64,000 bases of DNA from Callorhinchus milii. Its lineage: Eukaryota. The notes under the pieces are model-generated. The model was given only the letters and a program-made list of their open reading frames with translations. It searched no databases and was not told the DNA's origin. The translations under genes and the position numbers were made by a program. Shown here piece by piece: positions 26,704-38,278 of this stretch. Each line of letters begins with the position of its first letter. The stretch's first letter is position 1. Location of the stretch: positions 4,340,001 to 4,404,000 of the forward strand of contig NW_024704768.1 in the NCBI RefSeq assembly GCF_018977255.1, read 5' to 3'.

Positions 26704-27407
26704 ATGATGGAGTGTTCACCGCCTCAACAAACCGGGGCACAGCGCAGCGTCTCCAGGAGACGTCAGGCCTGGGCTCGGAGCCGCGGTCAATGGCAGTCGC
26801 TGAAGGAGAAAGTCCTGACTGAAGGTGAGCAGCTATTTGCAGGGCGGTGGGGGCCGAAACGACGACGACAGGGATTTGCTGGGGGTTTGGATCAGGAGGG
26901 GGGGGGGGGGGAGGTGGAGGGAGCGGAGGGTGGGGTTGGAGGGTGACTGGAGGCGCAGGCGAGGAGGAGGGTCTTTGAGAGGGGACTTGAGGAGGTGGAG
27001 AGGGGGGGAATGGGACGAGGCGGAGGGACTGTGGGGTGGAGTTCCAAAGAGTGGCGAGGGGGGTGGGTGGGTGCGTGGGGGGGCCGCAGAGCGACAACAG
27101 CAACAACTTGCTTTTATATAGTTTCCTTCGCGAGGGCTGTGTGCAGATTCTGTGCGACTGCGTGTGATGGTGTGAGCGAGTGTGTTTGACTGTGTGTGTG
27201 TCTGTGTGTGTGTGTGTGACTGTGTGTGTGGTTGACTGTGTACGCCTGTGACTGTGTGTGTTTGACCGTGTGTGTGTGCGTGTGTGCGCGCACGCGCGCG
27301 CGACTGTGTGTCTGCACGACTGCGTGCGCGTGTGAGACTGGGCGTGTGACTGCGTGTGGTTGACTGTGCGTGACTGTGTACCTGAGCGACTGTGCGTGTG
27401 ACTGCGC

Positions 27408-27440
<33 letters not shown>

Positions 27441-30400
27441 ACCGCGATAACAACAATAAAATAATCCCCGCGTTCGATGGCAGCGCCTTATCACGCCTTT
27501 GAGACGTCTCTAATATGCGCGAGCGAGCTCGTGTACAATCAGCATTTCCTGTTTTCTGCAGGAAGTTCGGAGGACAAGATAACAAGTTGGCTACAGGATT
27601 GCGGGTACGTGCAGGAGAGCGTAGGAGCAATACGTTCATCTTATCCTCTTCGCCCGCCGAAGCTACGCACACGCACCCACGCACGCCCACGCACGCGCAC
27701 ACGCTTCCGCCGCAGGGAGATCGTGAGAATCCTCCCGGCAAAAAGAAGACCTTCCACCGACCGTCCCGGGCAGTCGTTTGACATGTCGTGTCCCCGAACT
27801 ATTACCGCGACCGCCGGCGTCGGTGTCGTGGAGGGCGCTCAAGAAATACAGCGTCGCCTGCGAAGACCCTTTGAGACGTCCTCGAAGACGCGATAAGGCA
27901 ATGCAAGGATTGTTATTATTATTATTATTGCTGTTGTTGTTGTTTGTACAAGTTGTCGCTGTTAATCGCACGACGCAAATCACACCAAATCCCACCGAAC
28001 TTCCCGCACGGGCACAGCCGGGGGGTCACCAACACGATCGGATAATGAGGGAACGGGACAATAGTCCGGGAATAACAGCGCCCAATGCAAATCCTCCCTC
28101 CTGTTTTTCAGGGCTCCACCGGAGAGCATCCTGGACAACAGCAGCCCCCCCAGGGACCAAGGTAAGAGATCGGGGCTCAGCGTCGTCGCTAAGCATCACA
28201 GTGGGCGAGTGTTACTCTGTTGGAGACCCGTAGCTCAGTGGTTAGTGAGAGCCAGAGGACCCGGGTTCACCTCCCGGCCGGGTCAGGTCAGGGCAAAACC
28301 TTAGGCAAGTTTCCTTACTCCCCCCCACGAACACACACACACACACACACATACACACACACACGCCTCTGTTTACCAGCAATCAGTAGGAACCCGGTTG
28401 TTAACACTGTTTTTTTGGGTTCAGCCGAGGGGGGTGTCTGACACACACAGAAGCCCATCACCATTGCTTAAGAGTCTCCAAACCCAACTGAGAATCCCAG
28501 ACCTCCCGTCTGCACCTGGAAACCCCACAGATAGAGTGTTGGAATCGAATGCGCTCTCTCTCTCTCTCTCTCTGGAGGGACGCCCTCTGCTTACCTAATT
28601 CCGGAGAGTATTAGGCGCAGGTTGGCGAGAGCCACGGCTTGGGTGGTGGGGTGGGGGGCGGAGAGCCCAGAGTGTGCGTTGGGGGGTAACTGCTGGAGTC
28701 TAACCAACTAAACCCACACAGAGCTCGGCCACTGATACTGACCAAACACTCAGCAAGTTAAGTGTTACTCAGCCTCTACTCTTTCCCCCTCTCAGACGCT
28801 GCCGGAGTGAGAGGTGACAGCAGTTTTGAGGATGATCTTAGTTTGGGAGCTGAAGGTAAGTTGACGGTGATGGAGCATGAAGCAGAGCCGGGGGGTGAGG
28901 GGTGAGGGGTGGAGGGTGGGGTGCGGTGGGAGGTGACCGGGGGTGGGGGGAGGTGACCGTAGACACTGTAGGTCGAAGAGGAAGGGCTTTAGCTGCGGGG
29001 AAGGAGGAGGCAAGGCGGGGTGGGGTGGGGGGGGGGGAGGGACAGGCGGGAGAGTTCTGGAGAGAAACATCCTAAGTGTTAATTATTTTTAATAACTTTT
29101 TCTCCTCTTCTCAGCGATGTTGCTCCCAAACCCCAAGATTGCTGTCAGGTCACAGTAAGTCCAACCGCACTCCTCACACACACACACACCCTTTCGGAAA
29201 CACTTAAAAGCCAACGTAAGGACATGGTGGGTCGGGTTGGCTCAGTCGCTCACACTCTCACCTCTGAGTCAACAACAACGACGACTTGGATTTATATAGC
29301 GAGCGCCCTCCACGCCGGACGGATCCCGGGGCCGAGCCGGGGGGACGGGTGGGGGGCGGGGAAGCGACCAAAAGAAAGGTCTTCAGCAGAGACCTGAAAA
29401 TAGGAAGAGAGGGTCGAGGCGAAGGGAGTGAGGAAGGGAGTTCCAGAGCCTCGGGGCATAGGACTCGGGGGACAAGGAGGAGACCAGGAGGTCAGAAGGT
29501 AGTCGATTTGGTGGATCGCTTTCCAGGGGTAACAATCCTGAGACGTCTCGAAGGCGTGATAAGGCGCTGCGTCAAAGGCAAAAGATTATTATCGTTATTA
29601 TTAGTTGCTGCGTTGAGTCTGAAGAACCGGTGTTTGTTTCTAACTTTCAGGGCTGTCAATCACAAAGGACGTTTGGAAAGTTTCAGAGATTCGACGATCT
29701 CCAGTTCCATAAGGTTAGAAAGGCTTAAACGTAACACTTAACATATCTCTTCACGCCCCTGCAGCTCGCTATCTATCCATCTGATCACCCCCCACATCAC
29801 TTCTCTGTTCGGTCTCTTTGCTCAGCTCAAGAGTCCTGTAGCTCAGCGGTTAGAGCCCTCGCCTCGCAAGCGAGAGAGGACCCGGGTTCGATTCCCGAGT
29901 GGGGCGGTTCAGGGCAAAACTTAGACAAGTTTCCTTACGCCACACGCGCACGCACACGCACACACACACACACACATACACACGCCCGCCTCTGTTTACC
30001 AGCAGTAAGTAAGTAGGAACCCGGTTGTTAGTCCATTGGAGGATCGCTTTCCGGGGGTAATAATCCCTTCAAACTAATAATAATAATAATAATTTGGTCG
30101 CTCCATCCATGACGGTTTGCAGGTCGTTGCTGTACGCGATTGGCTGCCGCGTTTCGACCACAAAATACGGAGTCATGTGCGTTGGGGTAACTGCTGAGGT
30201 CTACGTATGTCAGACACCAAAATATATAGTAAGGTTGTCCACGTCCACTGGATGGCAGCAGAGAACTTGGTGGTCAATGGAAGCCACCTCCCTGTGTTGT
30301 AGCTTCTGTTACACTGTCAGCAACAACAACAACTAACATTTGCATAACCTCTTTCACATCGGGAGGACGTCCCAAGGCACTGGGATGGACAGTCGGGGAT

Positions 30401-32108
30401 TTGGACCCGAGCTGGGGGTTGGGATCAGGAGGGAGGGGGTGGAGGGCGGAGAGGGTGGGTTTAAGGAGGGTGACCGAAGGCACGTTTGGTCGAAGAGAAG
30501 GGTCTCGAGCTACGCCTTGAAGGAGGCGAGGGAGGGGGGCGAGGCGGAGGGACTGTGGGATGGAGACCCAGAGGGTGGGGACAAAGAGGCTGAAGGCCTG
30601 ACCGCTGATGGTGGGGTGGTGGGTGAGGGGGAGGTGGGGTCTGAGCTGGGTGGGGGAACGTGGAGCAGGTCAGAGCCGCTGACTGGAGGGAGGGGACAGA
30701 TTGATATGGCTGATACTTCCACAATCTCACAGGCACAGGGTGGGACAACCTCCTGTTGTCCGTCTGAACCCAGATATCACAGAAGAGAGGCCGGGAGGGT
30801 GACCTAAGGCGAAGTCGAAGAGGAGAGTCTCAAAGACGTGATAAGGCGCTATGTTATTAAGGAATATTATTATTAGTAGTAGTATTATTATTATTAGTAT
30901 CATTATCATCATCTCTATCAAACAGCTCCTCGCAGCACCTGTTCCACATGGGCAGCAGCAAAACCTCCTCCAGGGGCACCATGGAAACCGTCTCCAGGTA
31001 AGACCGAGACGGTCTGTTCGTTAGGTCGCGCCATAACGGGTAATTGGGGTTGAGTTACAGATCAGCCGTGATCTGATAGAGAGGTGGAACAGGCTCGAGG
31101 GGCTGGAGGGCCTCCTCCATGTTTCCATGTTTCTTCTTCATCATCATCGTCGTCGCCGTCGTCATCATCACTGTCGTCATCACGATAATAGCCCTTAGAC
31201 AGTGTGAAGGTAAATGGAGACAGTGCGGTGATGATGATGATGATGGTGATGGTGAAGGAGAGATCATGAGATCATAAGTGCAAGTTGTTGTTGTTGTTGT
31301 TGACTGAGATACTGTGGTGATGATGAGGAAGATGTTTGAGAACAATGTGGTGATGACGATGATGATGATAATTAAAGCCGGTCCCTCTGGACAGTCGACT
31401 GCTGAGCTGACGTCTTTTCCCCCCTTTTCTCCCCTCCTTATCCCTCCACCCCACCCCCTCCCCTCCCCCCACCACACCACCCGGCAGTATCTCGGAAGTA
31501 CTAGACCTGTTCCGGGAAGATCCAGAGGAAATCCTCTACAATCTGGGCTTCGGGAGAGAGGAGCCCAATGTCACGGCCAAGATCCCATCCCGGTTCTTCA
31601 GCTTCCAGTCCCGAGCAAACGGCATGAACTTCCGGGTCTTTCTGGAAGCGCAAAGCAAGCGACTCGGAGAAGAGAGTCCGAGTTACACCCTCGCCAGTAA
31701 GTTCAAACCCTCTCTCCCCCCCCCCCCCCCCACCCGGCCCCTCTCACCCCAATCCGTGCCCATCTCGTTTGACCCTCGACTGTCCTTTCTCCCCCGCATC
31801 CGTTGCCGCAGCCCGGACTGTCGGTCGGCGCCCGCTTCCCGGGAGTAATAATCCCTTCAAAGGAAAAAAAGTAACTATAGATCGCTTCAATCCACGGCTG
31901 TTTGTGGGGGACATCGCTGGGCGCGATTGGCTGCCACGTTTCGCCCGTTAAATGCACAGTCACTGCACTCTACAGTGTGTCCTGTGAAGCGCTTTGAGAG
32001 GTCTCGAAGACGTGATCAGGTGCTGGGTCAAAAAGCGAGGATTATTATTCTTGTTGTTGTGGTGGTTGTTTTTGTGATGGTGGTGGTGTTTGTTGTTGTG
32101 GTTGTTCT

Positions 32109-32140
<32 letters not shown>

Positions 32141-33198
32141 TGGTGGCGGTTGTCCACCTGCCAACGAAATTTGCCGTTGTTCCACGCAGGTCGTTTCCGC
32201 CAGATCGAGGCCCTGACCACCATGGCCAACGCCTTGACCTCCCTGTACTCCCACGTCTCCAAGACCCCCTGCCCCAAAATCGTCTCGCCTCATGAGTTCC
32301 CCTTCAACTTCGACCTGCCCCTCGGGACAGTGGTGGTGGGGGGGGGGCACCACCACCACAACAACAACAGCGGCGGGGGCAGCAACCCCCGGCCGGAGCA
32401 GAGGTCGCCCTCGGGCAAAGCGGTGCAGAAGCTGCGGAAGACGGTGACCAAGCTCTGCCTGTACAGCGCCTCCCGGGACACGGAATCCCCCAGGTGCCCC
32501 TTGGCCGAGTGTCCGCGCAGGGACCTGCGGGAGCCGGTGGGGGACGGAGCCAGGACAGACTCGGAACGAGCTCCGGGGGAATCCTCGCTCGTCTGCCGGG
32601 ATGAGGCCGGGCCGACCGGGACTCCCGGGGGCCGGGACTCGCTCGAGGAAGACAGGAAGAGGTCTTCCCTGAGGAAAGAGCTGTGGAGGTCGGAAACCCG
32701 GAGATCCCGTCTCTACGGGTTCAGCACCGAGTCCGAAGAGTCCATCGAAAACGACTTGCACCACTCGGTTTTCGATCACGCCTACTATTCGCCCCCTTTC
32801 TGCCCCCCACCGGTAAACCGGCCCCTGAACCCGGAAAGGCTCGGGGGCTCCCGGGAAACTCCCTGCCTTCCCGCCCGGCCGAAAATTCCCGGCGGGGCCA
32901 CAGCTCGGGAGCTCGCGGCCGGAGACCAGGAGGGTGGCGGTGGCCCCGGACCGGGGGTCAAGGTGCGTCCGCCAATTCCCGCTCGGACCACGGGCCCGTG
33001 GGCGTCGGGGGTTCTTGACGGACTGTGTGGTGGGAGCCCGGACGGCGCTCCCCCTCGTTCGCTCGCGTCTGCTCCTCAAAGGCAACGTCGTCTTAACCGT
33101 TCTCTCAAGAGCCTCTTCCGGGCTGAAGAGGACTCGTTTGACCTGGAGGAGGTAGGCCCAGAGCACCCAAGCCATCGGCGACAGTAACCTCATTAATG

Positions 33199-33269
<71 letters not shown>

Positions 33270-34615
33270 CTGTGCATTCCATGCAGCGCCTCGTCACATC
33301 GTTGAGACAACAACAACAACAACACGTGATATTTACACACACACACACTCACTCCACCCCTTTCACGCCCGGAGGACGTCCCAAGGGTCAGGGGTTTGGA
33401 GTCGATTCGAGCTGGGGGGTCGGGGTCAGGAGGGTGGGGGTGAGAGGGCCTTTGTGGGAGGGTGTATGTGGGAGGGTCGGGGGTGGGCGGGTGGGGCTGC
33501 GAGGGGTGACCGAAGGCGCGGTTGGTTGAAGAGGATCGTTGCGAAGAGTGTTGGGCCGTTGGGTGAGCCTTGACTTTGAGGTCTGTTTCTCACAGTTACA
33601 GAGCAGTGAAGGGGAGCGACGGAGTCTGGTACCAAACCCCCCCATATCCTCAACACCAGCCTCTGCTGTAAGGACACAGAAAGGTTAGTGAACCCCTTCC
33701 TCCCCCCACCCCCCCTTACTGTGTGTGTGTGTGTGTGTGTGTATGTGGGGTGGGGGGGAGTAAGGAAACTTGCCTAAGCTTTCGCCCCGACCTGACCAGC
33801 CCGGGAATCGAACCGGGGCCTCTGGCTTGAGAGGCGAGATGTCCAACCCCTGAGCTACAGGGGCTGTGGGGTGCGAGGCGAGGGGTCTAACCCCTGAGCT
33901 ACAGGGGCTGTGGGGTGCGAGGGGAGGAGTCTAACCCCTGAGCTACAGGGGCTGTGGTGTGCGAGGCGAGGGGTCTAACCCCTGAGCTACAGGGGCTGTG
34001 GGGTGTGAGGGGAGGAGTCTAACCCCTGAGCTACAGGGGCTGTGGTGTGCGAGGGGAGGGGTCTAACCCCTGAGGGGGTGGGGGGGGTGGTTAGAAGGGA
34101 GGAGGGAAGTGTGGGGGGGGCTGTTGTACCTGATATCTCGCCTGTCGCTGACCCCAGGTCTGGGCTGCCGTGCGGAGAGCGTTCAGTCTGACAGCAGTGG
34201 CTTCGTTGAGGACGCGTGTGATCCTGTTAATCAAATGCAGGTACTCGACCTTCCCCCCACCCCCCCCCAACCCACCTCTTCCCCCACCCCACCCCACCCC
34301 CACCCCGTACCCTCTGCCCCCACCCCACCCCCACCCTGTACCCTCTGCCCCCCCCGCTCCACTGCCCGCTGCCTCCGCTCAACCGACACTTAGTCGCGCT
34401 CTCCCTCAATCCCTCCGCCTCCTCGCCCCCTCTCTCCCCTTCCCCGTCTTCCCCATCTTCCCCAAGGTGCCTACGGTGCCCCCCACCCGCCCCCCCAATC
34501 CCGGCGTATATCGAGGGTCCTCGATCGTATCGTGCAGACACCCACCTTTGCTGCGCCTGTGCTTTGATTGCAGACCCCACAGCCTCACAGCCACACGCGC
34601 TCGGCGTCCAACTGA
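26704..34615 (+). CDS. TESPA1: TESPA1 / ITPRID (KRAP-SSFA2) family IP3-receptor-interacting protein, about 610 aa
   Basis: Frame-consistent exons 26704-26824 (RRRQAWARSRGQW), 27562-27604 (KITSWLQDCG), 28112-28161, 28796-28855 (SFEDDLSLGAE), 29115-29154, 29651-29713, 30926-30997, 31488-31696 (EDPEEILYNLGFG..KIPSRFF), 32190-33151 (RFRQIEALTT..DSFDLEE), 33596-33683, 34158-34240, and a tentative last exon 34574-34615. Position between neurod4 and ppp1r1a matches human TESPA1. Confidence 0.82.
28467..28745 (+). repeat. Unclassified interspersed repeat
   Basis: CTTAAGAGTCTCCAAACCCAACTGAGAAT...AGAGTGTGCGTTGGGGG. Recurs at about 52720-52940, 58380-58530, 11930-12100 (minus) and 58720-58765 (minus). 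Confidence 0.7.
29829..30175 (+). mobile_element. SINE copy (5' part)
   Basis: GAGTCCTGTAGCTCAGCGGTTAGAGC...GGTTCGATTCCC, (CA)n, AGTAGGAACCCGGTTGTTAGT. Confidence 0.8.
33198..33268. repeat. (ATA)n microsatellite (SINE tail expansion)
   Basis: Long perfect trinucleotide run next to a reverse SINE tail. Confidence 0.9.
33845..34075. repeat. 44-bp minisatellite derived from the SINE head (5 units plus a partial)
   Basis: Unit AACCCCTGAGCTACAGGGGCTGTGGGGTGCGAGGCGAGGGGTCT starts at 33845, 33889, 33933, 33977, 34021 and 34065. Confidence 0.9.
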
Positions 34616-34699
34616 AGGGGGCTCCGCGAGGGATCCATGACGGAGTCACGGGGGTGTGGGGGGGGGTGGGGGGGGTTCCGACCGGCAGCCACACACTAC

Positions 34700-35140
34700 A
34701 CCAAACCGCTGGCCTTGGACACGGCGCCTGATCCCGCCTTCGAGATGTCTCCGAGCGACTCGACCGAGTGTGTGTTTCGTGCCAATCGTACCCCGCAAAC
34801 AGCCGTGGGTTTGAGTGACTAAGTTATTGTTATTATTATTATTATTATTTTTGCTCATGGAGGGGTTATCGCTCCCCCCGGAAAGCCATCCGCCAACCGA
34901 CTAACGAGCGGGTTCCTACTTACTGCTCGGGAAACAGGGGCGCGCGCGTGTGTGTGCGCGCGTGTGTGCGTGTGTGTGTGCGTGTGTGTGTGTGCGCTTG
35001 TGTGTGTGTGCGCTTGTGTGTGTGTAGTAAGGAAACACCGGTCTAAGTTTTGCCCCGACCGGACCCGCCCGGGAATCGAACCCGGGTCCTCTCGTTTGCG
35101 AGGCGAGACGGGCTCCAACCCCCGGGCTACGGGAGTCCAG
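34700..35140 (-). mobile_element. SINE copy
   Basis: Near full-length reverse copy of the same family. Confidence 0.75.
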
Positions 35141-37219
35141 TGTACTCGGTCACGGGGACAGATCTGATAAACCCACAACACAACAACAACAACAACAACA
35201 ACAGCAGCAACAACTTCTCGCCGTTATCAGCGCCTTGTCGTCTTGACGAGGTTTTATTACAAGTAGTGTAGTGACTGTGCATTTTGCGGGAGTAAAATAA
35301 TAAATAATCAGATTTTACACGTTTTATTCCACGCGTCGTATCGTTCACATTGTACCTGATGCGTTCATATCATATTTGACGCTGTGATATGACAAAAATA
35401 TGATATAAAACACAAAAAAAAAACAATATAAATTGTGATACTAAACGGAACATAGAATACCTGTTGGAGTCGGAGCCGCGGATTATTGCTGTTATTCGCG
35501 GAGTCGCTGCTTGTGTAACTGTGACTAAAGTTACGGAGCGTCATGTGGCCCGGATTATGTGTTACTAAAGTTAAATAATCACGAGTTTTGGGGGAGACTG
35601 AACCAAACCTGTTTTTTTTTTTTTCGGGAATCTGCGTCTGAGACGGATTCGGTGCCCGAGGCAGGAACACGAGAACAGGAGAACCGCCGGACGACAGTAC
35701 AATTACGTTTCCCTTTAAAAAAATATGTTTTTAAAACTTTCCCCTTGGCCCTGGGAAGGTTGTGGGGGGGGAAGCACATAGTAAACGGTGGTGGGGGGGT
35801 GTGGGTGGGGGTGTGGGGGTGTGGGGGTGTGGGGGGGGTTTGACGAGGGTGAATCATTGGAGTTGAGGTTCGGATTAGCTGTGATCTGACAGCACGTCGG
35901 GACAGGCTCGAGGGGCTGAATGGCCTCCTCCTGTTCCTACCCTCTTCATCGGAAGAACTTTGTCCCCAAACCACCCGCTGTCTCGCAACCCCCGCCACCT
36001 CCCACCCCCACCCCTTCCCCCCTCTCTCCCCCCCCCCCCCTCCCCAAGAGAAATCTATCTCACGTGTTCTCGAAACGACGTCACTCGGCGCAGGATGTTT
36101 AAGCCATGGGTTCCTGAGAAATATGCTCAGAGCAACGCTGCTTAGCTCCGGGCTTTGAACTGATAAAAGTGGTTCAAATTCCATCTGACGTTAAAGCGAG
36201 AGCAAACAGAGCGGCGGCGAACTCACCCCCCCCCCCACCCCCCACTCCCCCCGGGTACAGAGAGCTCGGCAATAGCATGTGATTTACTGAGGCCTCTCTC
36301 TGTGTCTGTGTGTGTGTGTGTGTGTGTTTCCCGCGTCACACTGTAATCCTCGCCGCTGACCCAGCGCCTTATCACGCCTTCGAGCCGCTTCGCCTGAGAC
36401 ACTGTGAAGCGTAGTGACTGTGTGTTTCGTGGGCGAAAGGCGGCAGCGACGTTCCCCCCCCACCCCCACCCCACACAAACAGCCCTGGGTTGAAAACGAC
36501 CAATTTATTACTGTTTTCGTTTGTTTGGGGAGGGATAGTTATTATGATTATTATTATTATTATTATTATCATCATCATCAGGCGCGTGTGGAGTAAGGAA
36601 ACGCGCCCAAGGTTTCGCCCTGACCGGCCGGGAATTGAACCCGGGGGTCTCGCTCGTGAGGCGAGTGCTCTGACCGCTGAGCTACAGGACTCCACTTTGT
36701 GCTGTGTTTACCTGTGTGCTTGCGTGTGCGCGTGCACGTGCACGTGCGTGTGTGTGCGTGGACGGACCTGTGTGTTTTGTGAACCCAAACCACTTCTGAA
36801 TTCGAGCTCCAAACTGCTGATCTGAGTCCGATTCCCTTTCTCTGGCAACGGATGAAATAAGCAGCACATGAAAGATCTCACACTCCGAAATCCCTCTCAT
36901 CGCTTACCTGATCCCTATAACCGGCTCCGATCACACACCACACCCCACCGCCCCCCTCCGCCCCTCTCTCTCTCTCTCTCTCTCGCGCTCTCTCTCGCGC
37001 TCTCTCTCCTCACAATACGCACGAGGAAGGAGAGAGAATGCTTTAATCCTTACATTTGACACAGTGCGTCATCCGATCACATCTTTGCGACGTCTCAAAG
37101 CGCTTCGCAGCTCACACCGTAAGGTAATACGCCCGGATTATGGATATTATTCCCTTCACAGAGATCTACCTCGTTTGTCCTTGAAAGAACCAACACTTTT
37201 TTTTGCTTCCACGTCTGTC

Positions 37220-37250
<31 letters not shown>

Positions 37251-38278
37251 CGGGAACCTGTTCCCTACATTGTACCACTCGCTCGCTGAAGTAGTGTCTC
37301 CTCGGATTTGTTCTGGATTCACACCCCACACCCCCCCCCCCCCCCACCCCCTCCCCGATCGCAGGCCTGAAAGGTCCGGATCTCACGCAGAGGTCGAAGT
37401 TCTGAGATCAATCAGACGGAAGGACTTTCTTCACCTGAAACTCTCTTGTGATCTCGTTCCAACTAAAAGCCATTACAGCTGGAACACGGCAGGGTCAGCC
37501 CGGCTCAGTGGGTAACGCTCTCTCTCTCTCTCTCTCTCTCTCGCCTTTGAGTCAGAAGGTCGTGGGTTTCTAAGGGTTTCTGCTGCTCCAATACATCGCC
37601 AAATTGTTGGCAAACATTAATAATAACAATAATAATCCTTGCATTTAATATAACGCCTTATCACTTGCTACCAAGGGATGTTGGGTCAGGGTATCAAGAG
37701 ATAAATGGTCATGGATTAAAGTGACCAGTTTATTATTATTATTATTTTTTTTTGAAGGGATTATTAACCACATAACCACACAACCACAATCGACTGACAA
37801 TCGAGTCCCTTCTTACTGCTGGTCTGTCTGTGTGTGTGTGTGTGTGTGTGGAGTAAGGAAACTTGCCTAAGGTTTTGTCCCGCCCGGGAATCGAACCCGG
37901 GTCCTCGGGCTTGCGAGGCGAGGGCTCTAACCCCTGAGCCACAGGGACTCCCTTAATACCCCCGAGCCAACGAATATCTATCTCTACCGCTGTCTTGACA
38001 AGTTAGGATTGAGGTCCCTTTAAGAGCCTTGAAAGTTGGGTTAATGCAACGAGGGACAGGCAGAGAGAAAGAGGGAGCGAGAGAGAGAGAGAGAGAGAGA
38101 GAGGGGTGGGGGGGGAGAGAGAGAGAGAGTGGGGTGGTGGGGGGAGGCTCCGGTTAGCCAATGGGCGAAAGTTACTGTGACACAGGAAGTTTGGCTGAGG
38201 TCGTACATTGAGCGGAGAATTGGCAGATGCCATTGATGCTCCCGTCCTGTCACAGGCGCCTGAACCCTCTCCGACAAA

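Noticed and set aside
32045-33352. 435-aa minus-strand ORF
   Set aside because: Antisense shadow of the GC-rich tespa1 exon, extended by microsatellites.
33845-34075. Palindromic direct repeats resembling a CRISPR array
   Set aside because: The intervening sequences are near-identical rather than unique spacers, no cas genes are present, and the unit derives from the SINE head.
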